Counted from the stretch's first letter, positions 27,501-41,600 are shown. The stretch: DNA of 64,000 nucleotides from Phoronis australis (GCA_002633005.1 NMRA01000347.1:405311-469310), one strand, 5' to 3'. Numbers and translations are program-made. The notes: generated from the letters alone by a model not told the origin.

Positions 27501-30235
27501 GGTGGAATTCTTTTGATATTACACTGTTGGTAAAGTATGGATTCTCACTAAAATGCTGCAAGAAAAAGGAACATGTGGCGGCATAAAATAAAACGACAAA
27601 ACACAATTGTGGACTTCTACAGAATTTTGAAGGATGCCCAACCCAGTGCAGATACTAAAAACGACTTCCCCATCCAGTTCTCTGAAAAAAAGTTATGCTT
27701 TGTGACTCTTGCCCACCCTCAGATTTTGGAGGAAAAATTGAAGTTTGCTGAACTTGCGAGAGTTGCCTGTGCTTTTAGCGACTCACGAGGCAACTGTGAG
27801 AATAGGCCACCCACTAAGGACAAAAATGTCCATTCTGTCACATAGGGAGTACAGTTTTTAGCCGATTCCTACTTTTAACTTGGAAGATAGACATGAATGT
27901 TGCATAAGCAGCTGACAGTGCAGGGATTGGTGAAAAACATCATTTCAAGAAATTCTCAAATAAAACAAGCCTGATAAAAAGTGTTATGAATTCAGTAAAG
28001 TCACCATACATTCATCTCAGCAAACACCCGATAAATCACAGGAAGCAAATGGACAAAAGACTAAATGGTCCCAACATTCCCAAGATAGTCAACAGTTTTA
28101 GGCCTTCACAAGAATGCCTCCTAATACTATGATGAACTAAATAATCTCGGCACCAAAACATATGCACACACAATCAGGTATACCAGTACACAAACGAGTA
28201 CTTCACACAATGAAGTCAAAAAATACAAACAGACAGTATAAAATTTCGTGTTTACCAACAAGAAAAATTTGCTAGTACTCTCAAGTTATTGTGAGCACGC
28301 TCGAAAAATGATCTAAACGCTACAATCCAGAGGTTACCCCCTTCATTAGTCATTCTTTGCATTATTTCACACCTGCCGTGTCCCACTGTGTACGTCTCCA
28401 GCTAATGCTCTGTGGTGGCATTAGTGCGTCATTTTACATCCTCTTGAGAATGAAACGAGTATGTTTCGAAATATCGCATAGCTTTTAATCATGTTTCTTG
28501 ATCATTAACTTAATAAATGTTCTATTGAGTGTAGAGCTTTACTCCAAAAATATGGACGAAACATAAGAAAGATTGTCAATGACGAAAAGTGTTGTCTGCT
28601 TAATCAATACTGCATATTTAACAACTACACATTCGCAAGTGCATGTTTGTCCACTCGCACAACTGAGTGTGAGCACAACTGTTTGGGTGGGCGTGCCTAG
28701 TATTGAAAAAGCGATAGTGAATAACTTGGGAAGAAAAACACAGCTGCCACTCCAACTCACAAACTTGATCTTGTACCCAGACTTGATATCCTCAAACTCC
28801 TCCACCTCTACTACTGTCAAGTACTGTAGCACCTCTTCGTCCTCCTCGTTCAACAGTGCTGACACCTGTGGGTGATTCACAAACTGGCATCCTCGTTAAG
28901 GAACGTCACCATGATCATACATTGAATAACTGCAGACACCATCACATGACTTGCTAATAACAACAACAACACAACTAATTGCATGCTCACTGACGTCCGA
29001 AATGTTGACTTATTCCATAACTTCACACTGCATTTAAGTCAGTATTTTAATTAATAGATTTCCAAAAACTCAAAAAATTTGGGAAATTTGTCATGTGATT
29101 TCCTACATCAGAAGGAGCCAAAATGTAAGCAGACTGGTCAACAGTCAACACTCTGTTCTAAGTAGCAGATTAGTCAAAGTACATTTTATTTGACAATAAA
29201 ATAAGCAGAAAAGGATACAGCAGTGACCCAGAAATGTTGTATTTTTTCTATTAACGCTGCCCTCTTTGAGTACTGTGGCTGTCGCAATTTGTTGTATTTC
29301 TGTTCCACTTTGAGAATTTCCTCGCTCGCCTGCTCATTTAACTTGTCGATCTCGTTCTGTACGTTGTCTATCTTCTCAATGGCTTCCTGCTGTTTACCTG
29401 TAACAAACATCATGCTCTTGGTTAGAGATAAACAAAACCGTTTGAAACAGCAACATCCTAGGCTGTTCTGTCAAGATGGCTGCGCATTCCAACATGAATG
29501 GGTGAAAATTAAAAATCACATCGAAAAGTGCCAATATCTGCTACAGAACTTTGTAAGCACGACTCAAAGTCTGGTAAAATCCTCCAGACAAAGGCGGAAA
29601 TGCAGTAGTCGATTTTGATACAACAGACTTCCTTCAATAGTTCGTTAGGGGTACAAAGGGAAATATAAGCTAAACCTCAACTGTCTGGAAATGGAATGCT
29701 AATTGCGATTAATACACTACACTGTACTTATATCATTGTGAGCAATTTTCTCCGAGACTGCGAGAGCCTTCTCTAACTCACTCAACTTCAAGTCAACTAT
29801 GTCAAAAATGGTCTCAAGTGGTTTTCAATAGGCCAACAATTCCAAAAAGCACATTAAAAATGGAACAGCTTAAACAAGAAATCTCTACAATTTCTACTAT
29901 TCGAATTTAAGCAATAACTACAACATATCAACAAAAAGAACACACTCCGGCGCAAAGGTTAACACACATTTGAACAAGAGAGTACAAGTGGTTGTCATTC
30001 GATCAAGACAACAAAGGCCATTTGCTCTTTCTTTCCCAAACATGTGCTCTTTGTCGCACGCCGGCATTAAGTCACACGTGATTTCAACAAGAACAAAGAA
30101 CGAAACAACAAACAGGCGAACAGGTACACTCTGGGAGGTTTATGGATACTCACTAATGAACTCACTTGTATTTTCAGAGTCTCCATCGTGGTTATTTTTG
30201 TCTTCTGTCTTCCCAACCTTAGCCTGAGTCGCCAT
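24538..30235 (-). CDS. SET: Protein SET / TAF-I (NAP-family histone chaperone), 8 exons, 269 aa
   Basis: Exons 30166-30235, 29219-29397, 28761-28883, 27442-27555, 27091-27258, 26474-26516, 26090-26163 and 24538-24576 join in frame (810 nt). Motifs: [75 protein letters not shown], and an acidic D/E tail. Confidence 0.97.
25240..25385. repeat. Interspersed repeat, copy 2 (inverted relative to copy 1), in SET intron 7
   Basis: aagttttacccggcaacgtgttctttgtcgggtaaaatggcagcttg is the reverse complement of ~10777-10823. Confidence 0.75.
28441..28528 (+). repeat. Second copy of the hammerhead-containing repeat, in SET intron 3
   Basis: cttgagaatgaaacgagtatgtttcgaaatatcg plus about 50 bp downstream match the reverse complement of 35679-35756. 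Stem I is degenerate. Confidence 0.7.
28884..29218 (-). other. U12-type (minor spliceosome) GT-AG intron 2 of SET, 335 nt
   Basis: Donor GTATCCTTT begins at 29218. Branch site TTCCTTAAC at 28903-28895 lies about 10 nt before the CAG acceptor, with no polypyrimidine tract. The flanking exons join as FWVTA|FVNHP. Confidence 0.95.
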
Positions 30236-30275
30236 TTTTGAACAAGCGAGGTATGAAAGGACGCATGCGTATTTG
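30230..30275 (-). promoter_or_regulatory. SET proximal promoter / 5'UTR motifs: NRF1-like ACGCATGCGT and YY1-like AAAATGGCG overlapping the ATG
   Basis: Palindrome acgcatgcgt about 25 nt upstream of the ATG; CAAAAATGGCG at the start codon. Motif match only. Confidence 0.35.
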
Positions 30276-32687
30276 GTTAATAACTAGGTCAATATTTCAG
30301 GTCACTGGCGTTTGATAACTGTTTGACGTGCAAGCGACATCTCTTGGTAATTATCAAAACGAAACAATAGCAGACGAAATACTTTTGATGTACGACAGTA
30401 CAAGAACTTCTACTCTGGAAATGAATCAAAGAAAGTCGAAATATAGTAAGTAGAACTAAAATGAGCAAACACAAACATGTCAACTTGAACAGCTTCTAAA
30501 ACTTGCTAAACGAAAAGTATAAAAAATGTACAGTGATCGAATTAAAAGCCCTGTTCGGAGGATTTTCTTTACTCCTCGTTTAGTCACCTGCTATTGCATC
30601 CACTGGCATCAATATTTAAAGATAAGAGAATGAATCAACTAAAAACGCATACTCCCTTTGTCGCAGATAGCATATGGCTATTGGAGGATGGTCTTTCACC
30701 AGAGTTATCAGAAGAGCAGATCACACTTGACCGTTACAGACTATGGAAGCATTTTCCAAATTTCCTCCAAATTTTTGACGATTATCGAAGGTTACATAGC
30801 ATTATTTTGTTTCAGACGATTGTTTGGGGTTGTCCATTTCAGTTTCTGGTAGTAGGCCAAAACTGGGTTTGGTATATCCTTTTAACATGAGGGTTTTTTC
30901 GAATTCAAAATTAATTAGTTCATGTGAGTATTACGGATTCGTTTGATTTTTTCTGTAGTATGTTGCAGATTATGAATTAAACATGAACATCAAAAAATCA
31001 CTTAAAGGTTTTGATATTCACTGTCCAATACGTAAGCAACTTGAAATTACTCACAAATAACGAGACAGGCAACACGTGTCCCCTCGGCTGGCTGGCCGAC
31101 TCCGTTCAACGAATAAGAAGTTTTCGTTTCGTCAAAATATATATTTTACACTTAAAATTGGGTCACTTATAAATGCACTCACTTAATTCTTCACCGGTCC
31201 TTTCTGATTCTATGTTCATCTTCGAAGGAGCAAGTACGGGCACTAATTCATACATTTCAGTTCTCGCAGCCCATATGGAGGGGGGCTCCAACTACAGTGT
31301 AGCACTGATCCGTCGCAACACGGGTATATTCCCATGACAGTCCCGAAATACTATCTATGCGTAACAGAGACAGTCTCAGTGCTGAGTTTTACGGGGATGG
31401 TCCCCCGGACTCCTTATCAGGCGGTCGTTATGTAACGATATAACGTAGCATAAGTGGAAAAAAGCAAATTGTTTCATCCGGGAATTTCCTTGTGAGGGTG
31501 AATAGAAATAGATGGGAATTCTGAAAACAGGAACATTTGATTATATAACTAGGGTCCCCTATGCAGTCAAATGCTGCCTCAGTACTGGAAGTTTATATAT
31601 CATCCCTTCTCAGCGTTGGCCCCGGGGGGTCCCTCAGTAAAGAAACAAATGCATCCAATCTTATAAGAGTACTTACGCCTGACTGGTTGGAAACCGAGCT
31701 TGAAAACCAAAAGAATGTATTGCACTGATCTGCCAAACATCAGTCTGAATTGTATTACGTCATATCGACAAGACCGTCGTCTAGTCTTAAATGATAGTGA
31801 CCGTACATTTTGAATGACACTCTGAAACTGGCACTAAGAATAAAATTCGTTGAAGATTAAATATATTCTTCACGACGGAACTGGACCACACATCACAAGT
31901 TAAACCAATTAACACATACTGTACATATACTGTACGTTTAATTAAGTAGACTTGACGAATTTGATGTCAAGTCCGCCAAGTTTTAGGCTAAGAAGAAGAA
32001 CCACCTGTTTTATTCTACGCAGCAGTTACATTTTGCTAGGAGTCACGACCCCAATGATTTCGAGGTGTAGGGGAAAGGCAATATTTCACGCGATTGTATT
32101 TTAAATTAAGCAATACATGCATAAATACGTCTTCCTTTCGGACACCAGTATTTTTTCTGACATTCTGAAATCATTATGCAGTAAAATCTCAGTTTTCGTG
32201 TGAGTGCAGTCGACATACATGTACGGTGTTTGAGAGTATAGAATGAACCGTTTGGCCATTAAAGCAGTAGTGGAGAATTCAATAGCTGTCTCGCTAGTAA
32301 ACAAATCTAGCCAAAATCATGTGTTCTCATTAATATACACGACAATCCCTCACGTAATCTAGCGAAATCTTGCTCTTTAGAGAATTTCCTAGTGTAGGTC
32401 CCAGCTTTACTGAGCTCTATCTCTTAGCCTGTATGTCTGTAACGAATATTGTCAATGAGGACACTAAATGCTATGGTGGCGGGGTCGCTGAGTTGTAGTA
32501 AAAAGAGATGTGAATTTGAACGCCAGTAGATTTTTGCCAGATTCACCAGATAGATTGCTCTTATGGACGAGGGATGCTTCGGCATCTTTGTTATCAGTTC
32601 GAGACCTTAATGAGAAACTTCGATGATAATTCTCCGATTGTTTCAAGTCTAAACTTTTAAAAGGAGAATAATTCGTTTCACTTTTAG

Positions 32688-35600
32688 ACTTTGGATTGTT
32701 GGAAACTCCAAGAAACCCCACAAGTGCTAACGGGTCTTCATGTTCAAGTTCAAAGCTAAACATCACTAGCGTCACTGGCTCTCTCAACAAGTCGTCTTCT
32801 GGTCCCCGCACATCGTATCTGTCGTCATGGTAACTACCACGTTTTTCAACATGATATATAACAATGCCACATTTTTAGCACCAACTATTACACTAGATAA
32901 GATGACAACCAGAAGAGACCAAGCTTAAGTAGATCTCATATTGCAGACTTTTTAATTCATCATGTCGACTAGGGCCACCCCTGTTTTTCTTTGGCATTTC
33001 AACACAAACACTCGGTTTCCGTAAGTGACGCAAGTCCAGTTTCCATCTCCACCAGATTCGACGAAAACTGATTTATTCTCACTTCACTGTTTGACAAGGT
33101 TGATGCAAATGTTCTCGCCCCTTTTGTGAAGACAGACTTTGCAATTTGAATTACAAAAAAGCCAATTGGAAAACAAAGCTTAGCTGAAGATTCATCATAA
33201 CCTTTCAATTGAAACGGGTCGAGGGTTCCAGCCAGGCTATTTTATTCTAATGTAATTTTACAGTGCACCTGCACTCCAGTTGTCATCCACAGAGCGCTAG
33301 CTCTCAAAGACCCAGCCTAATCGGTGGTTTCGTAAAAAACTAATAATGAGTAAGCTATCAGTATATCCCTGTATACCTAATCAGCTATATTCTATTTAAA
33401 TGTTCTTTAATGTTGTTGGAAGTCCGTCGGGTCAGCGTCCATCCTGAGGCGCGTTCCATAACTGCAAGGTATATGCCTACTCTCGAGCGGCACACAAATT
33501 GCGGCGACTAATCTTTGTATTATGGAATGGAATGAGTGAATTTCATGTCGAAATGCACCATATTCAATTCTTGCCGACTAATCCATTTAGCGACGTCCAC
33601 TGTGTTGAATTGAGTTTGAGTCGATGTTAATCGCGAAACACTCGCCTTCCGCTCGCGTTATTTTGCGTGACTGATCTCTCTTTCTCGTTATACTAATAAA
33701 CTTAACCTGCATGTATTTCAATGACGACACACGCGTCTGTTACTCATAGACTGGCCAGACGTTCCATTCAAATACATTGAAGTCTGACTTCGAGGGTCTA
33801 ACTACACCTTGAGATAAATTAAAACTTTATACATTGACAGTTCCAGTAGAGCCCCAACCAGCGCTGGTCCGTTCATCACCCCAAGGTCAGTCCGATCCCA
33901 GACTCCTTCTTCGCGTCTACCGTCGCGCGGTACAAGCACGTCAACGACACCCGCTCTGGACAGGGGTTCTTCAACGATAGTGGGTGAGTTGATCAGCGTT
34001 TGGCAAATGGGCTCGAGTACTTGATCGACAAACATGTGAGAAAACTAGAAACTGGGCATGTTTTTGCATAAATGGGACAAACACCAACTTCTGTCCAACC
34101 GTGATAACACGAATTGAAAAGAAAGCGCGAAGTGGTGACAACTGAAAGGACGGCGTTTGAACAAATTGAATCTGCCCAGGCTTCCAAATTTTGACTCCAC
34201 TCAGGTAAAAACAACAAAAAACTCTTATTTGGATGAAAGTGTTCCATTTTGATAAACTCCATATGCAAAGAGAACTTACTGAGCAATGCACGTGGTATAA
34301 TACATGTAGGCCTACTAAGCATGATGCGAGTTAAATCGATATAAGGCGACTCGATCGTCAACGCGATTTGCACCAAGCTTGATGGAATGCGGTTAGATGC
34401 CCGAACTCTGTTGCACCTCCACGGTTCGTGCGTTCTGAATCGTTTTATAGCCATAGTCGAGGGTCGCGGCTTAGCCAGAGGAGAGATCGGAATGTCTAGC
34501 ATAGACCTAAGGCGCCCTCTCGTGATGATGCATCAGTTTTCCGACAGTGCAACCTACGCCAATGTGATGACGACACTGCAGATACTGCAACCTCTAGAGG
34601 TAGGATTTAGTGCTAATTCACCGTTTGTCCAAGGCAGAGACTGATTTAGTTAACTTTGTTTTCAACAGCTCGGTACCAGAGCTAACAAGACTGCATTCTA
34701 GACCTTTATGTATCAATACATGTAAGTGTTTTACAATAAAACCCCTTGGACAAATTTCCATTGACCTTTACTGATTGCGCGTAGAGGCAGATCTGCTCAA
34801 AATTATAGACACTCGTCCCCTCCAACTGATCGCCATCTGTGCTTGTACATACAGTACAACCCAGCCAACTCTAGCGAAGAATGCGCACACGTCGTTTTTC
34901 GTCTATCCCTGATATGGCAAGTCACATGCGACTGGAGGTTCCCGGATTGTAAGGATCAGTTTTATCCCGGTTATTCATTGGTTCTGAAAATGCCAGACCC
35001 CTGTAAACGACTTTTGCCTATTAAGAGGTCTTTTGTTTAGTGTTCTTACTCTCCATTGAAGAAACAGTTACCAAGTCTCCTCTGTAACAGATCATTATGC
35101 CGAACACCGCTTGCGAGAATGGAAACATGACAAAACTATTCAAGACCATTAACGACAGCTTTCAAGGCACCAATATCGCAACCGTTCAAAGGAAGTACTT
35201 TAACGAAACCAAAGGTCAGTCACAACATAATGTATTACGGAAAAGATATTTAAAAGTTTCACAACGAGACAAGATTATTTATTTTTTTGGAGCTTGATAT
35301 AATTGACACACCTAAAATTGGTGTGTCCTTCTATAGCGGCTGTTGCATCTAGGTTGCTTTCACATTTAAAGAGTAGAGAACTGAACAATTTAGTACCTGA
35401 TTTTATCATCCTCACTCACGCCTACGTTATTGATCTTGCCACTTTATACAAAAGGTGGCGTTCCTCAAGCTAATTTCAATATTTGTTTCAGGTTTACAGT
35501 ATGTTAAACAGCTATGTCTTGTTGAATTCAGCAAAGTCGAGATGGAAGTCACCACGAAGTACGTCAGAGAAACTACAAATATTACTTTACTTCTCAATAC

Positions 35601-38600
35601 ATAACTGGTTAAATACACGACGTTGTTGACCATCTTTATTCCATTCCGTTCAGCATCCTCGGAACAAACTTCTTCATTCAACAGAGCATTGGTAACTGAC
35701 CAAAAGACGTGATTAAAAAACACGATATTTCGAAACATACTTGTTTCATTCTCAAGTGCAGCGTGCGGGGCTGCAGTATATAACAAGTGCAGCGTGCGGG
35801 GCTGCAGTACATAACAAGTGCAGCGTGCGGGGCTGCAGTACATAACAAACATGTGGTGATCAAATGAGTTTCATTTAGCGAATCAAAACCTTATTTCTTC
35901 ATAAGCGGGTTCCCTCTCCAAACAGTCTCGCCACGTTTTTCCTTTGTATAAATTGCAATTGGTAAAAAAACGCATTGAACTCCCCTGACTAAAATTTTGC
36001 TTCAGCGATGGTAACTAATCTTCTTGGTGAGGAGCTTGTAAGAGTGAAATAATAAACAAGAGGCTAGAAGTCATTTTTATTTCGAGTAACCAACGAGGCA
36101 AGATGAGTAACTTTAATCAAGTGTTTTCTACTGAGGGGAACGATGGTTTGCCTTGTTTTTAGAAAATAAAATGATTCTGAGGACCGACGTATACTTTTCT
36201 TGCTTTGTTCTGTAGTAAGTCCAATGAGCGCTAATCACGGCGATAGAAGAGTAACGTATTGCTAGCCTTTTGTCTTTTTATCGCATTTTAGATATTATTG
36301 CCTGGCGGCTACTGCAGCTCTCTTAAAGTATGTAGAGTTTATTCAGAACGTTGTTTACGCTCCTAAATCGCTGAAGATCGTGTTCAAAGGAAGTGAGCGA
36401 ACAACCATGATAGGTAAACAATTTGATGGATGAGGTTTTCTTTATTTCCTCCAGGATATTCCTGATGTGCAGTTCCACGTGTTTTGTTAGACGTTTTAAA
36501 TTTGAGAACATCACGAAACAGTTACTAGGTACTATACATGCAACTATGTAATCAAGATGTAGTTAAGATTGTGTGGGCCATATAAATTACTAAACAGTTG
36601 CGTATTTAGCCAAATATAGACTTTAGCTCCGGGCAAGTTCATATTTTCTCAAAGCCTATAGCCTGTAGATAAGATTTTTTTACTTTTTACCAATGATATG
36701 CCATTTAATGGGCCACGTGACCATAATGAATAAAATTCATCACAAAAATAAGGGTAAATACACGGCAAAATAACTGTTTTAAGTGCATGACCGAATTTGA
36801 TTTTATATAAATGTTTTATGACTCAAATCTCAAAAACGTACAGTTTTGTAAATCATCATTTTGTTTCCGTTTCAAGAAACGTTTTTAAAAGAGTATTTTT
36901 ATAAAAGTCTTCATTAAAAGTCCTATTTTTGATAGCCATGCATGCAAAAGTGTAACATTGTAAAAGCAATTCCATGCGAGGTTTTGCAGGACAGTGAAGC
37001 ATTGCAACAGCAAAAGTTTCGGTTCGGAAATTGCATCTGTCACTTCTGATATATGACGTTCCGAACTTTATTAAAGTAGGATATTTCAGGGTCCTACATG
37101 TACATAACCTTAAGTACGTACTCATATCTTAAGTACATGGTGTGGCTGCGCCTTCATTTCCTGAAACGTCATTACTTTGAAATAGGATGTCTAAACGCAA
37201 CAAAATGCGTGATTCTTATGAAGTTCATTAACAGAAGTGATAACTGGAATGAAAGCGTCTCAGGCGTAATGGCAGTTACTGAACAGTGGCGGATTCGGGG
37301 TTAGGGGGGAGGAGGCCATGCCGTCCCCGAAATTCTCCCAGATCCTATTTAGCGGCTCGTGGGTGCGAATGTCTAACGGGCAAAATCCTGTTTAAAACTA
37401 TGCCTTGCACCCCTTAACTCAGAATCTTGGATCCGACCCCTACTGAAACCAAGAGCACGTCTTGCTTACTTACAGACACAGCCACTGCTACGAACTTGGA
37501 ACTTCTTCAGAATACCAGGGATCCCCGGAGCGTGCATACTTTATTTGGTGCGCTAAATTACACAAAGACTGTTGGTGGCGCTCGTCTCTTGAGGGCAAAC
37601 ATTCTACAACCACCTTGCGGTAGCTTTCCGTTATATAACATATCCACGACATTATTACCCTTTAAAGGTTTCCTGTCTTTTTGATGGTCAAGCGTGTTTT
37701 CTTAGAGACATGTCAACATTATTGCCACTTATTAATTCATAAAGAAACCAGAGGCGCGCTTCGTACGCCGGAAGTCTAAACATGCGTGTCCACACAATTA
37801 ATCTGCTATGACTCACACAAGATGACTAAAATACGTGTATGTTTACGACGTTCTCAGCCACCTAGCATACCTTAGAAACTAAAAACATTCCCATTATGGC
37901 ACGACATAATAGCTAATTACTTCATTGTATTGTCCTGTATTGACTTTTTCATGATTGCTCAAAGTTTGAAGGAGGGTAAAAACAAATCGAAAACGCCACT
38001 TTCATTACCAGTTGTCCCTTGACAGATTTAGAGACCATTAGATTACGCTTGGACGCTGTGACAGAGTTGACCGGAAACGAAAACTTGTTCTACAATCTCC
38101 AGTCTGTCATTGCACGATTTCTCGACATCGATCACCTTCTGTCGCTGTGCATTCAAATTCAGAAACAAGAGACGGTGAAAGCCGCCGAAAGTAAAATAAC
38201 AAACGTGATATACTTGAAACACACTATGGAGCTGGTCGAACCCCTTCGAGAAGCCTTGAAGGAATCCAACAACCCGTTGTTGCGAGCGTACAAGGAGGTA
38301 GGAAATTTGAAAGAAACATATTGTTGGATTGATGTTGGTTCCTCGTCGATCTGTTTACTTTGTACTGAGCTCTATTCGTGATTGATTGCGCGAACAGGAA
38401 ACAATTATTTCTATGAAAAGTTAGAAGCAGCTGGCGACTGGAGACGGTGCGCAATGCTGTATTTGTGCATTTGCCAATCTTTATAAACCTCATTTTTATT
38501 TTTGGTGCAAATTAACTAAAAGATAGTTCAAGTATTCTCATGTCCATGTTGCTAAAATGCTTTGTTTGGTTTGCTTACAGTCTTTGAATGACGCTCGGTT

Positions 38601-41600
38601 TGGTGTTATCATGAATAAGATCCAGACGGTGATCCATGACGATACGCACTACCAGAAGGGAACACTGAGCATGCGCACACAGAAGTGTTTTGCTGTAAAG
38701 GTTAGCCCATTCCGTCCATTTACGTAAGTGATGAACTCAGACCAAAGCATTCCAGTTATTGGTCATTCTTTAATGAAATACCAGACTTTTTCACATTCCG
38801 TAGTGAACAACAATCAGGCAGGTGAAATCTCCAAAACTGTTGCACAGGTCTGTACAATAACTTCGGATTGAGTTTCCTGCGCATTTCAAATTGGTGAAAG
38901 TATTTCGACATTCTTCTCTTTGCCTGCTATTGCAGCGAGCTTTCGACGGTAAGAGTGGACCTCATTACGACATCTTTTTCCCTCTCCAATGTATATCTTG
39001 TGCAGTTTCAATACCATTGAAATGAGAATTTTGTAGCCATTAATGTCTGGTAAGAGTTTTTTAATCGTCGTGACTTGTTTCGTTCAAATGCTACATGGAA
39101 ACTTCAAATTACATAATTGTATTGTGAATCTTCTTCTCTTTTATAGCCTAAGATAAATGGTAAGTTGGTGTTCCCGCTCATTGTGAAGCTTTTACCTCCA
39201 AAGATGTTCGAGTTGAAAAGTCATGCATACATGTATCTCGGGATATTATGTTGACCTGAATATATTTAAGAATAAAATCTTTTTTTACTATACAGTATGC
39301 ACGTGCATGCTTATACTAGACCACGCACCTATATACGCATCCGGTTTTAACACGTACATGTAAACTTTTGCTCAATTTTTTATTGGTGCATGCGTCTTAG
39401 CATCACTTGTAGGCACAGGCGAATGTCCCTTGTATGCGTTCAAATCTTAAACTTTATATTTCATTTCGTTTTGTTGCCCATAATCTATCGGATACACCCA
39501 TTTGTAACGGAAAGTTCAAGTTTAACTCATTAAGATGTTTTAAATTCAGGCCCATGTCCTTATTTCCGGATTCAACTGCAGCTTTGCTACCAGGCACATG
39601 AGCCGAAGTACACAAATGTACGGCAATGTGTTTTATGAAAAGTCAAACATTTTGACTAGCTTTGCCCACATTCATTATCCCAAAATAATGCTATTATACA
39701 CTTTAAAAAGTGCCAAGGCAATTGGAATATGCACAAAAACAAAGTTGACTAAATGAGTTGTGTACATTTCACAATTACTGCCATCATCAGCAGCGAAGTG
39801 TGAGCAAAATAGCACTTTTGTTGTAAAACAAACTAGAGCTTCATTGCCGGAAAAGAAGCTTTTATTCGTTACTATCAAAATTATTTGATGCTAAACAGGT
39901 CTGTTGGACGTTGCTCGTAGAACATACACGGAGATTGTCGATGACATTGCCGAGCTCACTAAGCAGTTGGCCACTACATTCAAGCTTCAACTAAAAACAA
40001 GCTATAACACAACTCGTGGGTTCTTCATACAACTGTTCTCTGATGGTAAAGATGGGGTCACCAAGGAAACGCTTCCAGCCTGCTTCATAAAAGTCACAAA
40101 AGTTCGAAATACTTACAGCTTTACATCAACAGATCTGGTAAACCATTAATTCTGTGTTCAAGTCGTTAATGGATGTAGTTATAAACAGTGACAGGTGATA
40201 GGTAAATGGTGATATCTTGTTCATTAAAGTTTAATTGAAACATTTGAAAGGTGATTAAATTGACAACATGTTCAGTGTATATGACTATGTCAATCTCAGA
40301 CTTATATTCATTAGTTCACGTGATGTGACCAACAGACGGCGTGCTAACAATATGTTCAGTTTCCTAAGTATTTACGTTTATTACTTGTTTTCCCGATTTA
40401 CTGTTTTATATTTCAGATAAAGCTGAATGGTATGTTCGTTATTCACTTCAATGCTAATATTAGTTTCAATGAAATTGTGAGACTTCGTAATTTCGTTTCG
40501 GAGAACCGTTTATTTTATGCCCCTGTCAGCAATCTCGTGCTTGTGTTCTTGTACAAGTCGTTGGCGGTAGATGTAACACGCATGTGCACATGTCACGTGA
40601 ATTTTTTTATCCAACAGTCTTCGAGAGTCTGTGGTGACTTACAACACCATTTCACGGCATTGATTTAAAACACCCGACTTCATGTCCGAAGAAAATGTGA
40701 TACCTTATTCTTGACACTGATTTTGTAGATCGCGTCAGAGAATCACTGAATGAAATATACCTGATGACGAACATGTGAGTTGAGCAAAGCGGCAGTTACA
40801 AAAAGAAGATACTTAAAGATCTAATAACTAATATATTTAACAGTGTTTTCAACTTTTAATGGTTTTTGCCATATTTTGTCACTTATTTCAGATGTATGGC
40901 CGTCCGCTTTAATTTTTTAAAATTAATTATGCGTGTATTTTTGTAATCTTGAGTCCTTGGGCATATCATTTCCCGTTTTCTTTCGTAAATAAAATCTTGA
41001 GATAAAACAGAATGATTGCCATTGACGGTATTCCAGGAAACTTATGACTACTAGGTTGGGTGGGGACACGGCTTGTCCAAACCCTGGACTGTACGTGTGC
41101 CACTCCTGGTCTGTGGTCTTGGCATTGACACTCTAGTAACACAATAATATACTTCTCCATTATTTTAGTTCTCAGGTCGCTTTCATTGTCAATCGGACGA
41201 GGAATCTCCAATTTATATGACAGAATTACCAGCCAATTTTTATTTCATCGCAATTTAAGTACATTATCTATTTTGCCAGTAAATATCATCATACCCGATA
41301 CCCTAACACTGTTATAGCAACCCCACCTCACGTGTCTTGGATGAATGCAAGTAGACATTATTTATAATAACTAAATCGGTGTGTTCACGTATGTCTATGT
41401 TCCACTATGTAATGGAAACGGCGCCTGGTTTCCTTTAGTGTGGTCACTGAACTTCTGAATGAGATCCGGGATCACATCGGTTGCCTGTACAAATTGACAG
41501 ATTGCGCCGCCATGCTGGACATGTTGGTCAGTTTCTCACACGGCTGCACGCTGTCACATTACAGTAAGTTAGCTCCCCTTTCATTCTACTCCACCGTTCT

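Noticed and set aside
33993-34502. Longest ORF in the track (169 aa, minus strand)
   Set aside because: It is antisense to an MSH4 exon and intron and has no recognisable domain.
35753-35848. 31-bp direct repeats as a possible CRISPR array
   Set aside because: The repeats are head-to-tail with no spacers, the context is a eukaryotic intron, and there are no cas genes.
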